Shown here in pieces: positions 1 to 10,407 of a DNA stretch of 64,000 nucleotides. The notes below the pieces were generated by a model. That model did no database searches and was not told the origin of the DNA. It saw nothing but the letters and a program-made list of their open reading frames with translations. This DNA comes from Candidatus Sulfomarinibacteraceae bacterium (GTDB lineage: Bacteria > Acidobacteriota > Thermoanaerobaculia > Thermoanaerobaculales > Sulfomarinibacteraceae). The stretch's first letter is position 1, and each line of letters starts with the position of its first letter. Position numbers and translations under genes: made by a program. The DNA is taken from the NCBI GenBank assembly GCA_963796455.1, contig CAWCLO010000004.1, positions 704,001 to 768,000 on the forward strand. The letters run 5' to 3'.

Positions 1-15
1 CCCTGAGGAGAAGAC

Positions 16-729
16 ATGGCAAAGGCTCACACAACGTGGAAGGTGCTCCGGCACGGTCCGATCGAGCGGCTCGAGTCGAATCTATGGAGTGTCACCGGTT
101 CGCTGCCCGGGATGGCCTTGAAGAGGGTGATGGCCCTGATCCGGCTCGATGACGGTCGGCTGGTCATCCACAGCGCCATCGCCCTCGAGGACGAGGCCAT
201 GGCCGAGATCGAGGCCTGGGGGACACCGGCCATCTTGCTGGTGCCGAACTCTTTCCACCGGCTCGATGCTCCTGCCTACGTGGCCAGATACCCGGATATC
301 AAGGTCTTCTGTCCAAAGGGAGGACGAAAGAAAGTCGAAGAGGTGGTGGCGGTCGACGGCAGCTACGAGGATCTCGAGGAGCTACCCGGTCTGCGGCTCG
401 AATATCTCGATGGAATCGGCAAGGGCGAGGCGGTGCTCTTCGTTCGCTCCGCTTCGGGCACGACCCTGATCATCAACGACGCCGTCTTCAATATGGAGCA
501 CCAGAGCGGGGTGGCCGGTTTCTTTTTCCGATATCTCACCCAATCGACCGGTGGTCCGAGGGTGACCCGGATCTTCAAGTTTTTTGGAGTCAAGGACAAA
601 GACGCGTTTCGCAGCCAACTCGAGCGTCTCGCCGAGACTCCGGATCTGCATCGAATCATCGTGTCGCACGACCGCATGATCACCGACGATCCCGCGGCGG
701 CACTGCGGCGGGCGGCTTCAACCTTGTAG
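16..729 (+). CDS. DUF4336-like / metallo-beta-lactamase-fold protein
   Basis: GAGGAG RBS before ATG; pattern 'MALIRLDDGRLVIHSAIAL...LVPNSFHRLD...IIVSHD' resembles DUF4336-type proteins. Confidence 0.6.
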   Translation: MAKAHTTWKVLRHGPIERLESNLWSVTGSLPGMALKRVMALIRLDDGRLVIHSAIALEDEAMAEIEAWGTPAILLVPNSFHRLDAPAYVARYPDIKVFCPKGGRKKVEEVVAVDGSYEDLEELPGLRLEYLDGIGKGEAVLFVRSASGTTLIINDAVFNMEHQSGVAGFFFRYLTQSTGGPRVTRIFKFFGVKDKDAFRSQLERLAETPDLHRIIVSHDRMITDDPAAALRRAASTL

Positions 730-752
730 GTTCGCTCGACCATCCCTGGAGA

Positions 753-800
753 AAAGGGAGAAAGGGAGAAAGGGAGAAAGGGAGAAAGGGAGAAAGGGGG
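753..800. repeat. 8-bp tandem repeat (AAAGGGAG) x5 plus a degenerate copy
   Basis: Read directly between two convergent genes; reverse complement of the array at 17341-17395. Confidence 0.95.
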
Positions 801-862
801 CAGGGGAGAAAGGGCACGCCAGAGATTCAAGCCCCAAGCCTCAAGCCCCAAGTCCCGGCGCT

Positions 863-2383
863 TCAGTTCCCGCCTTGCTCTTCGAGCCTTTCGGCCAGCT
901 TACGCCACGGTTCCATGCTGTTGTTCGGTGGTTGCTCCATGACGGTTCGGCCGCTGTGTTCGGGCACTTCAAAGCTTTCGAAATGCCGGTCGAGGGCCGC
1001 TCCCAGCGCTTCAACGGTCTCCCGGTACTCGGCCGAATCCACCACATTGGCGGTTTCGTGGGGATCGGTCTCGAGATCGTAGAGCTCGTCACCGAAGCGC
1101 GGGTCGATGGGCGGATAGCGCCGCACGAGCTTGTGCCTTCCATCGGTGATCTGGCGGGCGTTGCCGTGCTCGGTAAAGCGATAGCGGCGCCATGGGGTCT
1201 CGGGCGCTTCGAGTAATGCAAACAGACTCTGACCGGGGCTGTTGATCTGCTGGCGCAACTCGTCGTCGAGCTCGACACCGGCGGCGTCGAGAACCGTGGC
1301 GAAGAGGTCGAGCAGATCAAAGGGCAGATCGAGCACCACGCCAGTTTCTGCGATGCCCAGGGGCCACACCAAAACCATAGGGATTCGGATCGACTCTTCA
1401 TAGAGGTTCTGCGGAATGGTCGCGTTCGATTTGCCGATCAGCCCGTGGTGGCCGATCATCATGCCGTGGTCGGAGGTGTAGATCACGAGGGTGTTGTCGA
1501 GCGTGCCGCGTTGTTCGAGCACCTCGAGGATCTTGGCCAGCTCCTCGTCCTGGTGGCTGACGGCAGCGTAGTACTGGGCGAGGGTCTCGCCGATATCCTG
1601 TGGTGCGACGGCCGCGGGATAGGCTGCTGGCAACGATGGGGAGCCTCCCTCGGATGGCGGCGCGAGATCCATCGTACGGTATTTCTCGACCCATTCTTCC
1701 GGATGGCCGGTGATGGGCTCGTGGGTGTCGGTGGGCGTGAAAACCAGAAAAAAGGGCTGCTCGGGATCACCCGAAGAGATGAAATCCCGGGCGAACTCTC
1801 CGAGGCGCTCGATCTGAAAACCATCGACGCTGATGGGCGCGCCCTGGTCCGAGAGGTAGACCTCGCCGTGGTGCAGGTATTGATTCGGCCAATCCGCCGG
1901 ACCCTGGTCGTAGCTCACCCAACGATCGAAGCCTCGTGAAGGCTCGAGGCTTGTGGCGCTGAGATGCCACTTGCCGATCAAAGCCGTACGGTACCCGGCT
2001 TCCTGGAGCAATTCGGGCAGCAAGACCTCACCCTCGAGCCAGTCGGTGGCGAAATCGGGGCTTTCGGAGAGAAAATCGTGGACCCCGTGTTGGGACGGAA
2101 GCCGGCCCGTCATCAAACTCGTCCTTGCCGGTGAGCACACCGGCGACGGTGTCGTGGCATTGGCCATCAGCACCCCCAGACCGGCCAGGGTGTCGAGGGT
2201 GGGAGTCGCCACGTCGGTGTTGCCATAGGGCCCGGCGGCCCACTGGCCGTGGTCATCGGCCATGAACAACAGGATGTCCGGCGGGCGGGACGATGCGGTT
2301 GCTGCCTCCTCGACCCCGGACCCACACCCGACGACGACCAAACATACGAGTGTCACGAAACCAGGCACGGTTTTTCGTTTCAT
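863..2383 (-). CDS. Sulfatase (formylglycine-dependent, Cys type), probable lipoprotein
   Basis: CSPARTSLMTG signature, ADD and GKWHL motifs, YTSDHG; N-terminal lipobox-like VVGC. Confidence 0.92.
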   Translation of the reverse strand: MKRKTVPGFVTLVCLVVVGCGSGVEEAATASSRPPDILLFMADDHGQWAAGPYGNTDVATPTLDTLAGLGVLMANATTPSPVCSPARTSLMTGRLPSQHGVHDFLSESPDFATDWLEGEVLLPELLQEAGYRTALIGKWHLSATSLEPSRGFDRWVSYDQGPADWPNQYLHHGEVYLSDQGAPISVDGFQIERLGEFARDFISSGDPEQPFFLVFTPTDTHEPITGHPEEWVEKYRTMDLAPPSEGGSPSLPAAYPAAVAPQDIGETLAQYYAAVSHQDEELAKILEVLEQRGTLDNTLVIYTSDHGMMIGHHGLIGKSNATIPQNLYEESIRIPMVLVWPLGIAETGVVLDLPFDLLDLFATVLDAAGVELDDELRQQINSPGQSLFALLEAPETPWRRYRFTEHGNARQITDGRHKLVRRYPPIDPRFGDELYDLETDPHETANVVDSAEYRETVEALGAALDRHFESFEVPEHSGRTVMEQPPNNSMEPWRKLAERLEEQGGN

Positions 2384-2425
2384 CGCTTGACTCCAGCCGT
2401 GATGGTAACAAGGTCGCGATCTGTC

Positions 2426-2453
2426 AAAAAGCCCCCTCCGATCGGAGGGGGCT
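2426..2453 (-). terminator. Intrinsic terminator after the TonB receptor gene
   Basis: AGCCCCCTCCG/CGGAGGGGGCT inverted repeat with A5 on + strand (U tract on - strand). Confidence 0.8.
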
Positions 2454-2485
2454 GAAGGGTCAGAGACCAGTTATTGATTTCGTAT

Positions 2486-4771
2486 CTAGAACCGGGCGAC
2501 GAACTCGACCCCGATGATCCGCGGGTCGTTCATCATGCCGGTGAGGTTGTTGAAGTCGATGCCGTTGCGCACGATCTCCTCGTCGAGGATGTTCCGGCCG
2601 AAGAGTGCCACCTCGTAGAGTCCCTGGTTCCAGCCGTAACCGAGGCGCAGACCGAGCTCGAGGGAGTCGCTGTTGAATTCTTTCGACTCGTAGAGGAAGA
2701 AACTTTTGTTGCTGTGATACGCCCAATCGAGGGCACCGAAGAAGCCCTTGGAAACCGGGTCCGAGCGGTAGTTGATGATGCCGTTGAAGATGATCTCGGG
2801 TGCGTGGGGCAAGCTGTTGCCGTTGATCACTGCAAAGCCGTCCTCCACCGGGTCCAAAACCGTGCAGCTGCCGCAGATCGGAATCCTCAGATCGTCATCG
2901 ACGATCTCGGTCGGGTTCCAGCTCGCGCCAAAGGTCATCAGCCAGTTGCCGGTCGGGATCCACTCCATATCTGCCTCGAGCCCATGCCCCTTGGTCTTGT
3001 CGGCGTTGTGCAGACGGGCAGAGTTCTCTGCGCCACCGACCGCGGTGATTTGCTGATCCGACATCTCGAAGATGTAGGCGGTCAGGTTGAGCCGCACCCT
3101 GTTGTCGGCAAGAATCGATTTGACACCGATCTCGGCCGAAAGGTTGGTTTCGGTGTCCGCAGTGGTCACACAGGACGCGGCATCCTGACAGAAGGTGATC
3201 CGGCCCTGGATTGCCGGGGCCCGGTTACCGGTCGCCAACCGACCGTAGACATTGACATTGTCACTGGCGGCATATGTTGCGCTGAGGTCCCAGCTCGCGA
3301 AACTGTCGCCCACCTGCTCGGTGATGCGGCCATCGAGGGGCGGAATCCACGGAAGGCTCTGCGGCATGGCGACCCAGAAGTCCTTGTCATCATCCGAATA
3401 GCGCAAACCGGCGTTGAGGTTCCATTTGTCAGAGGCCTGCCAGTTGAGTGAACCGAACAGGGCGTAGGAATTGGCTTCCTGCCACTGGGTCGCAAGGGCG
3501 TTTTGCGGGTTGCCCGGTGCGAGGGAGTCGTAGCTGTAGTTTTCGATGTTGACTTCCTCGTTGAAGTAGAAAAAGCCCACCAGCCAGTTCCAGTCGCTGC
3601 CGCCGTTGCTGGCGAGCCGGAACTCCTGAGTCCACTGATCGAGATTCGGTATGGCGCCCGCTGACTCCGATGAGAAGGGGATGAACCCAGGGCCGTAGTT
3701 GCCCTCGCCGAGGAAGGCCGCGCCATAACCGCCATCGATGTCGCCCCGGCTATACATGTCGCGGATACTCTCGTAACCGGTGACCGATGTCAGGGTCATC
3801 TGGCCGAAATCGTAGGCGAGACGCAGCAGGCCGCCGCGGCTTTTGATCTCCTGGTTGTTCAGGCCGTCAAACCAGACCTGATCCTGGGCAAAACCGTCGA
3901 CCAACCGATTGCTGCCGGGCTCGATGATATTTGCGCGGAAGGCCCGCGCCGTGCCATCGCTGACTTCCCAGCCGTGGACCTTGAAGAGACCGGTGAATTT
4001 CTCGTTGGGTTCCCACATGAGCTGGAGACGGAAGGCGGTGGTGGTGTAGCCGCCGAGGTCTTCACCGCCCTCGAAATTGTTGTTGATCCAGTTGCCGCGC
4101 GATTGGTAGAGACCCGAAGCACGAGCCGAAAAACCGCCGCCGAGCGAACCGCCCACAGCGGCCTGAATGTCGGTGGTCGAATAGGATCCGTAGGATGCTC
4201 TGACAAATGCGTCGAATTCTTGCGAAGGTTTGACGGTGTCGAATTTGACGATACCGGCCGGTGTGTTGCGCCCGAAGAGGGTGCCCTGGGGTCCGCGGAG
4301 GACCTCGACGCGATCGAGATCGAAGAGCGGCATGCCCTTGACCACCGGGTTTTCGAGCACCACTTCATCGACGACCATGGATACCGGTTGCGAGGCGTTG
4401 AGATCGAAGTCGGTGTTGCCGAGACCGCGGATATAAAAACGCGGGAAGGCGCGGCCGAAGGAAGACTCCATGATCAGGCTGGGCGCGCGACCGGAGAGTG
4501 CCCGGACGTCGGTGCCGCCCGCGGTGATGACCGCGAGATCTTCTTTCTGAATCGCGGTAATTGAAACAGGAACATCCTGGATGTTTTCTTCGCGTTTCTG
4601 GGCCGTGACGGTGACTTCGCCGATAAATTCTTTCCACTCCTCGGGAATGTCATCCGCTGCCGGCGGTGTCTCGGCCGGCTCGTCCTGGGCTAGCGCCGGA
4701 GAGCCGCCGACAAACAAAAACATCACCAGAAACAGTGCGACAAACACCCCTCGTCCTAACAGTCTTTCCAC
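2486..4771 (-). CDS. TonB-dependent outer-membrane receptor
   Basis: EVTVTAQKREE TonB-box region, RVEVLRGPQGTLFGRN plug motif, C-terminal Phe; start placed at GTG 4771 after a GGGAGG RBS, followed by a signal peptide. Confidence 0.95.
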   Translation of the reverse strand: MERLLGRGVFVALFLVMFLFVGGSPALAQDEPAETPPAADDIPEEWKEFIGEVTVTAQKREENIQDVPVSITAIQKEDLAVITAGGTDVRALSGRAPSLIMESSFGRAFPRFYIRGLGNTDFDLNASQPVSMVVDEVVLENPVVKGMPLFDLDRVEVLRGPQGTLFGRNTPAGIVKFDTVKPSQEFDAFVRASYGSYSTTDIQAAVGGSLGGGFSARASGLYQSRGNWINNNFEGGEDLGGYTTTAFRLQLMWEPNEKFTGLFKVHGWEVSDGTARAFRANIIEPGSNRLVDGFAQDQVWFDGLNNQEIKSRGGLLRLAYDFGQMTLTSVTGYESIRDMYSRGDIDGGYGAAFLGEGNYGPGFIPFSSESAGAIPNLDQWTQEFRLASNGGSDWNWLVGFFYFNEEVNIENYSYDSLAPGNPQNALATQWQEANSYALFGSLNWQASDKWNLNAGLRYSDDDKDFWVAMPQSLPWIPPLDGRITEQVGDSFASWDLSATYAASDNVNVYGRLATGNRAPAIQGRITFCQDAASCVTTADTETNLSAEIGVKSILADNRVRLNLTAYIFEMSDQQITAVGGAENSARLHNADKTKGHGLEADMEWIPTGNWLMTFGASWNPTEIVDDDLRIPICGSCTVLDPVEDGFAVINGNSLPHAPEIIFNGIINYRSDPVSKGFFGALDWAYHSNKSFFLYESKEFNSDSLELGLRLGYGWNQGLYEVALFGRNILDEEIVRNGIDFNNLTGMMNDPRIIGVEFVARF

Positions 4772-4898
4772 GTGATACCTCCCTTTACGGAAATGAAAAT
4801 AGTCCCTCGTCCCGGACGGCATCGAGGGTAGCAGATTCTCGCCGGGCTGCGGCATCGTTGATTGGGAAAAATTGCGGGTCTTTTCGAAAACGCCTGCG

Positions 4899-6260
4899 TC
4901 AATGGGATGGTTCGAGTGATCGGGCTTCGGTTGGCCGGCCATGGGCGATCTTGGGCCATTTCTCGTCCCAGTCAAAAGCATCAGGGTTTCGGTGGCAACC
5001 GCTGCAGGTGTTTTCGTCGGGCACGCGGCCCCCGTGCTCGAGAAAGGCCGCACGATCCGCCATCACCGCCGGGTCCATGTAGCTCGACCCCGGACCGTGG
5101 CAGGATTCGCAGCCGACGCCTTCTTCGACGCGAAAGGAATCGGCCAAGAGCGCGTCATCATCAAGATTTCCTGTGACGTGGCAGAGCAGACAGCGTTGGT
5201 CTTCAATCGGTCGCTCCAGATCCCTATATTGCGGCCGGAGACGGCCGAGGAAACGCGCCCAATCAGCGCCGAGCCGCCAGAAAGCGTGGGCGTGGCGGCT
5301 TCGGAGCCAGGTGAGGTACTGGTTTCCGTGATCGGGGTCAATATGGCATCCCATGCACGTCTTCGAACCGACGTATAACGGTGACGCAGTTTTTTGCCCG
5401 CTCACAGTGCGGCGAAGAAAATCGATTTCCACCGATTCGACGGCTCCGGCGACGTTCCGGTGGAATCGAATCCGCCACGGCTCCTGTCGGCAATAAAAAC
5501 TGTCCCGGCCGATCGGATACAGGTCGTCGGGTGCAAATTCGCGAAAACGCAGATCGTCCTCTTCGCGCCATACCTTGGCCGTGAGGCCGCCACCGAGATT
5601 GTAGAGGCCGACGAAGTCTTCCAGGCTTTCGCCGTCGAGAGTGATTTCCGGTGGACGTTCTCGCCAATAGGATGCGGCGACGAGCCCCTGGGCATCGCCG
5701 AGATCGGTCTCGGCGCCTCGCTCCTTGAGGAGTGCCATCATCTCCGCATGACCGCTCTGGGCCGCCACGTGGAGTGGGGTCCATCCTTCTTTGGTCCGGG
5801 CATTGGGGTCGGCGCCGCGCTCGAGCAGCAGGTCGGCCACAGCCAGACACCCGCGCCGGGCGGCGACGTGAAGCGGTGCCCGGCCCCATCGGTTGCTGAG
5901 GTTGATCGTGGCCCCGGAATCCAGCAGTAGCTTCACCATGTCGGCGCGGTCGTGGTGGCATGCCCAGTGGAGCGGGCCGCCTCCGTCGCTGCCGACGGCG
6001 TTCACCGGGGCGCCGGCGGCGATCAACTCCTCAAAAATGCGCCAATTACCACGCACACCCGCCCAATGAAGCGCCGTGTAGCCCATCCGACCGCGCACCC
6101 CGAGATCGGTTTCCTGCTCGATCAGTCGGTGCACGGCGTGGCCATCACCGAGTTTGGCCGAAGCGACAAGATCTCCAGTCTGAAGGTCGGCCGCAAATGG
6201 CTGACCGGGAAGGATGGAAAATACGGCGAGCACGAACACCAACTGCTTCATGGATGTCAT
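4899..6260 (-). CDS. Exported ankyrin-repeat protein fused to a tetraheme cytochrome c (c554-like) domain
   Basis: Signal peptide MKQLVFVLAVF; four clear ankyrin repeats (TALHWA, PLHWA, PLHVAA x2); CMGCH, CLLCH, CESCH, CSGCH; start is 6260 or 6251. Confidence 0.85.
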   Translation of the reverse strand: MTSMKQLVFVLAVFSILPGQPFAADLQTGDLVASAKLGDGHAVHRLIEQETDLGVRGRMGYTALHWAGVRGNWRIFEELIAAGAPVNAVGSDGGGPLHWACHHDRADMVKLLLDSGATINLSNRWGRAPLHVAARRGCLAVADLLLERGADPNARTKEGWTPLHVAAQSGHAEMMALLKERGAETDLGDAQGLVAASYWRERPPEITLDGESLEDFVGLYNLGGGLTAKVWREEDDLRFREFAPDDLYPIGRDSFYCRQEPWRIRFHRNVAGAVESVEIDFLRRTVSGQKTASPLYVGSKTCMGCHIDPDHGNQYLTWLRSRHAHAFWRLGADWARFLGRLRPQYRDLERPIEDQRCLLCHVTGNLDDDALLADSFRVEEGVGCESCHGPGSSYMDPAVMADRAAFLEHGGRVPDENTCSGCHRNPDAFDWDEKWPKIAHGRPTEARSLEPSH

Positions 6261-6500
6261 CTTTGCCCGGTCCAATCCTCGTTTGAGTCGCCGAGGCGGT
6301 GCCTCACTCGAAGTTGTACGCAAAACGAGGTCGAGAGTTCATCGAGCGAGGCCCTTGCCTAACGAGTATCCTCCACCCGACACGTCGCGACCGGGGTGAA
6401 AACGGACCAGAAGCGACACTGGGTTGTACAGGGCTCTTCAGTGACCCATCCGGGCGAATTTTGCGCCGGTATTCCGGCTCGCAAGATCAGATGCCCGAAC

Positions 6501-7049
6501 TCATAGTTCTGCAAGGGCGGCGACGATTTCAGCCGCGATTTTTTCTGCGCCTTGCGACAGGGACTGTGCGACCGCATCAGCATTGCTGGCAGCGGCCGTT
6601 TCGGTGGCGTTGAACGACTGCTCCAACAGCGGTGCCTCGAAGCGCTTCTTGCTCGGATCACGGATCACGACGTCCACAGCCATCCTCGTTTCGGTAACTC
6701 CGCCCCGATCCACCTGCTCGAAAGCCGTGACTTTTCCGGAGAGCTCATACGTTGGTCGTCCGGCCACATGCGGGCCGAACTCGGTCTGGAATTTCTGTTG
6801 CACCAGTTCACCGACACTCGAGACCCAATGATCGGTGGCGTAATACTCGACCCGGGTCGGTGAGGCCGCGATCAGGATCCCACTTCGGCTCAGCGCCTCG
6901 GTGGTCTGAAATCTCTGAACATCGAGATTGACTGCTGGCTGCGAATTCCCGGAAGACTCCGCCGACAGGGTGTAGTAGTTGAGCTTGGGCGACGAAGCAC
7001 AGGCGGCGAGCACCAGAAATACACACAGTTGAGAGAAGCGCTTCATCAC
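6501..7049 (-). CDS. PqiC-like ABC-transport auxiliary lipoprotein
   Basis: Lipobox LAAC, 'YYTL', 'YYATDHW' pattern; last gene of the MCE operon. Confidence 0.8.
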   Translation of the reverse strand: MMKRFSQLCVFLVLAACASSPKLNYYTLSAESSGNSQPAVNLDVQRFQTTEALSRSGILIAASPTRVEYYATDHWVSSVGELVQQKFQTEFGPHVAGRPTYELSGKVTAFEQVDRGGVTETRMAVDVVIRDPSKKRFEAPLLEQSFNATETAAASNADAVAQSLSQGAEKIAAEIVAALAEL

Positions 7050-8053
7050 TGTCCCTTCGTCTTTCTTCCTTGCGATCCTTTTCCACGGATCAGCGATTCG
7101 GGCCGATCGGCCAGGATGCGGGAGAACTCGCGGAGATTGCGGGTGGTTTCCTGGAGATTGACCAGGATCTCCTCCAGCGTTGGGCGCTGGGTGTCAATGA
7201 GATCGCTGGCGTTGGCGCCGACATCGTCGAGGTGGGCGACAACCTGTTGCAGGGCGGCACCGAGCTCTTCCATCTGGGCTGCCGTGTCGGATGTGAGCTT
7301 CTCGAGATTCGCGACCGTGGCGTGCAAGGGGGCCCGGTTTTCGCCGACCACAGCCTGGATCTGCTCGAGGAGTTCGGTTGCCACGGTTTCAAGCGAAACC
7401 AGCCGATCGACGACTTCCTTGAAGCCCGGTTGATTGCTCTCGACCACCGTGGAGATGCCGTGCAGAGCAGTGGTGCCCTCGGTCAACGTTCCATCGAGCG
7501 TTTTCATGAGCTCGGCCAGGTCGACTGCTTCGGGATCATCCGGATCTTTCACTCCGACGACCACATTCAGTCCGTCGAGAAGATTCTCCAGCCGACCGAC
7601 CACTCCCTGGAGATCGGGTAGGCCGAAGGCCCCCGTGCTGCTCAGCGAATTCAGCAGATCGCCGCCTTCATGGAGCGCCGCGTCGGGTTCTCCGGTCGAG
7701 ATTTCGAGGTGTTTGGAAGAGGTGAGCGTGATCTGATCGATCGAGGCCACGCTTCCGTGGTTCACAGGAACGTCGCCATCGACCTCGGCGGTAACCCTGA
7801 TCAAGGCTCGGTCCTCGCTGTCCGTTTCCAGTGCAATGACGCGCCCCACCTTGACTCCGCCGAATCGGACATCGGCGCCTCGGTTGAGACCGCTTATATT
7901 CGAAAAGGTGGCAAAGTACTGCGTGGTCGATTTACCGGTTGTTCGGCACCCTTTGATAGCCCCGAGGAACCCGACAAGAATGATCACGCTTGCGAGGACG
8001 AGTGCGCCGGCCTTGATCTCGGTTGCGGTGAAGTCATGTTTGGACGCTGGCAT
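7046..8053 (-). CDS. mlaD: MCE/MlaD-family substrate-binding protein with helical C-terminus
   Basis: N-terminal TM helix, 'SGLNRGADVRFGGVKVGRV' MCE motif, 'RPESLIRG' end. Confidence 0.9.
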   Translation of the reverse strand: MPASKHDFTATEIKAGALVLASVIILVGFLGAIKGCRTTGKSTTQYFATFSNISGLNRGADVRFGGVKVGRVIALETDSEDRALIRVTAEVDGDVPVNHGSVASIDQITLTSSKHLEISTGEPDAALHEGGDLLNSLSSTGAFGLPDLQGVVGRLENLLDGLNVVVGVKDPDDPEAVDLAELMKTLDGTLTEGTTALHGISTVVESNQPGFKEVVDRLVSLETVATELLEQIQAVVGENRAPLHATVANLEKLTSDTAAQMEELGAALQQVVAHLDDVGANASDLIDTQRPTLEEILVNLQETTRNLREFSRILADRPESLIRGKGSQGRKTKGQ

Positions 8054-8065
8054 ATACCTTCCGGT

Positions 8066-8866
8066 TCATTCGGGCCCGGCAATGGCGCGGGCATAGTCCT
8101 GATCGTTCTCCGACGACGCATCCGGCCTTCGTGCGAAGAATTGCTCGATGTAGGGGTGATGGAGTTGCTGCAGCTCGTCGTGGGTTCCGATCCCGACCAG
8201 ACCGCCCTTATAAAGGACGCAGATCCGATCGGCGATCAACTTGACGCTCTCCATTTCGTGGGTGACGACGATGCTGGTGAGGTGAAAGGTGCTTTGCAGG
8301 GTTCGAATCAGTTCGTCGAGACCGGCTGCGACGATGGGATCGAGCCCGGCGGAAGGTTCGTCATAAAAGATGATTTCCGGATCCATCGCCATGGCGCGAG
8401 CGACACCGGCGCGCTTTTTCATGCCACCGCTGAGCTCTGACGGCAGGTAGTCTTCGGTTCCGGCAAGACCCACCAACTCGAGCTTGATGGTGGTCATGAT
8501 CTCGATGGTTGATTCTTCGAGATCGGTGTGTTCGCGCAGCGGCAGCGCCACGTTGTCGCCGACGCTCAAAGATCCGAGCAGCGCAGAGTTCTGAAAACAC
8601 ATGCCCATCTTTTTGCGGAATTCGATCCGTTCGGAATCGCTCATGGCCGTGAAATCTTCGCCGCGAATCTTGATGCGGCCGGCAGCAGGTCGCATCAGAC
8701 CCACGAGGTTTCGCAGCAGGGTGGTCTTCCCGGAACCGCTGCCACCGACGATGACGAACACCTCTCCTTCGTAGATCGTGAAGCTGAGGCCGTCGAGGAC
8801 GGTCCGGTCACCGTAGCGCACGACCAGGTCTTCGACCTCGATGATGGGAGATTTTTTCCGTGCCAT
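8066..8866 (-). CDS. mlaF: MlaF/Mkl-family ABC ATPase
   Basis: Walker A GGSGSGKT, LSGGMKKR signature, YDEPSAGLDP, VTHE. Confidence 0.93.
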   Translation of the reverse strand: MARKKSPIIEVEDLVVRYGDRTVLDGLSFTIYEGEVFVIVGGSGSGKTTLLRNLVGLMRPAAGRIKIRGEDFTAMSDSERIEFRKKMGMCFQNSALLGSLSVGDNVALPLREHTDLEESTIEIMTTIKLELVGLAGTEDYLPSELSGGMKKRAGVARAMAMDPEIIFYDEPSAGLDPIVAAGLDELIRTLQSTFHLTSIVVTHEMESVKLIADRICVLYKGGLVGIGTHDELQQLHHPYIEQFFARRPDASSENDQDYARAIAGPE

Positions 8867-8868
8867 TT

Positions 8869-9660
8869 TCAGATGAAGTAGAACAGAACCGTAAAGACGA
8901 GGTCAATCACAATGATGAAGAAGATCGACGTGACGACCGAAGATGTGGTTTTGCGGCCGACTCCCTCGGCTCCACCTTCGACCTGGAAGCCGCGGTAGAC
9001 ACCGACCCAACAAATGGCGACGGCAAAGAACAGGCTCTTGACGAGCCCGGTGAGGAGATCCTTTTCTACCAACGAGTTGACCGTCTGCTCGATGTAGATC
9101 GAGGAATCGACGCCGACGATGAACACTCCGGCCGTCCAACCGCCCGAGACCATGACGAACATGGCCACCAGGGTCACGCAGGGCACCGCCACCACCATGG
9201 CCAGAAACTTCGGTGCGACCAGGAATTTGATGGGGTTGAGCCCCATGACTTCGAGAGCATCGATTTCTTCGCTCACCTTCATGGTGCCGATCTCGGCTGC
9301 GATGGCCGAACCACTGCGCCCCGTCATGATGATGGCGGTCATCAGAGGCGCCAGTTCGCGCAGGGCGGATACGGCCACCAGATCGGCGATAAAACGGTTG
9401 GCGCCCCACTGACCGAGCGTATATGAGGCCTGGAGGGCGATGATGACCCCGATCAGAAAGGTGATCATGCTGACGATCGGCAGCGACCGAACACCGAACT
9501 CGACGAAATTCTCCACCGCCGCCCGGATTCTCAAACCCTTTCCGCGCAGGGGAGCGACGACGATCCACCAAAAAGTCTCGACCATGAGCACCGAGACCTC
9601 GAGGGCCGCGGCGATCACATCAAAGGTCCAACGGCCGACTCGGCCGAAGATCGCGATCAT
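8869..9660 (-). CDS. mlaE: MlaE-family ABC permease
   Basis: RELAPLMTAIIMTGRSGSAIAAEIGTMKVSEEIDALEVMG and GGAEGVG motifs. Confidence 0.95.
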   Translation of the reverse strand: MIAIFGRVGRWTFDVIAAALEVSVLMVETFWWIVVAPLRGKGLRIRAAVENFVEFGVRSLPIVSMITFLIGVIIALQASYTLGQWGANRFIADLVAVSALRELAPLMTAIIMTGRSGSAIAAEIGTMKVSEEIDALEVMGLNPIKFLVAPKFLAMVVAVPCVTLVAMFVMVSGGWTAGVFIVGVDSSIYIEQTVNSLVEKDLLTGLVKSLFFAVAICWVGVYRGFQVEGGAEGVGRKTTSSVVTSIFFIIVIDLVFTVLFYFI

Positions 9661-9971
9661 TGCGGCGTGATCTCGAAGACCGTGTCCAGCCTGGCGAGCT
9701 CCAGGACCTTCATCACCGATTTCGATGGATGGAGCAGGACGTATTTCTTGTCGTGCTTGCGGGCGCTGCGAAGACCTTCAACCAGGACAGCAACTCCTGA
9801 GGAGTCCATATAAGACACACCGTCGAGATTCACCAGCACGCATTCGGCGGCTTCGGGCACCGAGTCCAGGATCGATTTGCGTAACTGGGGGGCCGAGTAG
9901 AGGTCGACCGATCCTTCGACCTTGACCTCGGTCACGCCATCCGCAGTCGTTGATTGAATGTCCAGACCCAT
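9657..9971 (-). CDS. STAS-domain anti-sigma-factor antagonist (RsbV/SpoIIAA-like)
   Basis: G.VDLYSAP and VSYMDSSG with the phosphorylatable Ser; stop overlaps mlaE start (ATGA). Confidence 0.9.
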   Translation of the reverse strand: MGLDIQSTTADGVTEVKVEGSVDLYSAPQLRKSILDSVPEAAECVLVNLDGVSYMDSSGVAVLVEGLRSARKHDKKYVLLHPSKSVMKVLELARLDTVFEITPQ

Positions 9972-9981
9972 GTTCGACCCC

Positions 9982-10407
9982 TCACCGCGGCCGGTTCAGC
10001 CGCATGATAACCCGGTTGCCCCGCGGCGAGCCGGGTTGAAAACTGACTTCGTCAAATACCTGATAGATCAACTGCACCCCGAGGCCCCCGGGGGTGACGT
10101 CGTCCGCGCTTGGCCGTACGAGTTCACGCCTCTGGACGTGTTCCGGCCGACAGGGGGTCCCTTCGTCGGAAAGCTCGATTTCCAGGTGTTCCTCGGTCGA
10201 TCGAAGAACCAGGGTCGCGTGGCGGTCCCATCGCCCGTGGTAGGCGTGCCGCATGGCATTCGAACATGCCTCGTCGACTGCCAATACCACCGCGTGCTCG
10301 TTTTCCTCGCCGAGACCGAACGGGGCGATCCAGCTTCGTACCAGCTCCCGAACCGACGCGAGGAGCCTCGGGTCGGTGCGGACCTCGATGCGAAAATCGT
10401 ACGTCAT
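9982..10407 (-). CDS. RsbW/SpoIIAB-like serine kinase (HATPase_c)
   Basis: N box LAVDEACSNAMRH, G1 SDEG, G2 GGLG; ATG at 10407 overlaps the upstream stop (ATGA). Confidence 0.88.
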   Translation of the reverse strand: MTYDFRIEVRTDPRLLASVRELVRSWIAPFGLGEENEHAVVLAVDEACSNAMRHAYHGRWDRHATLVLRSTEEHLEIELSDEGTPCRPEHVQRRELVRPSADDVTPGGLGVQLIYQVFDEVSFQPGSPRGNRVIMRLNRPR

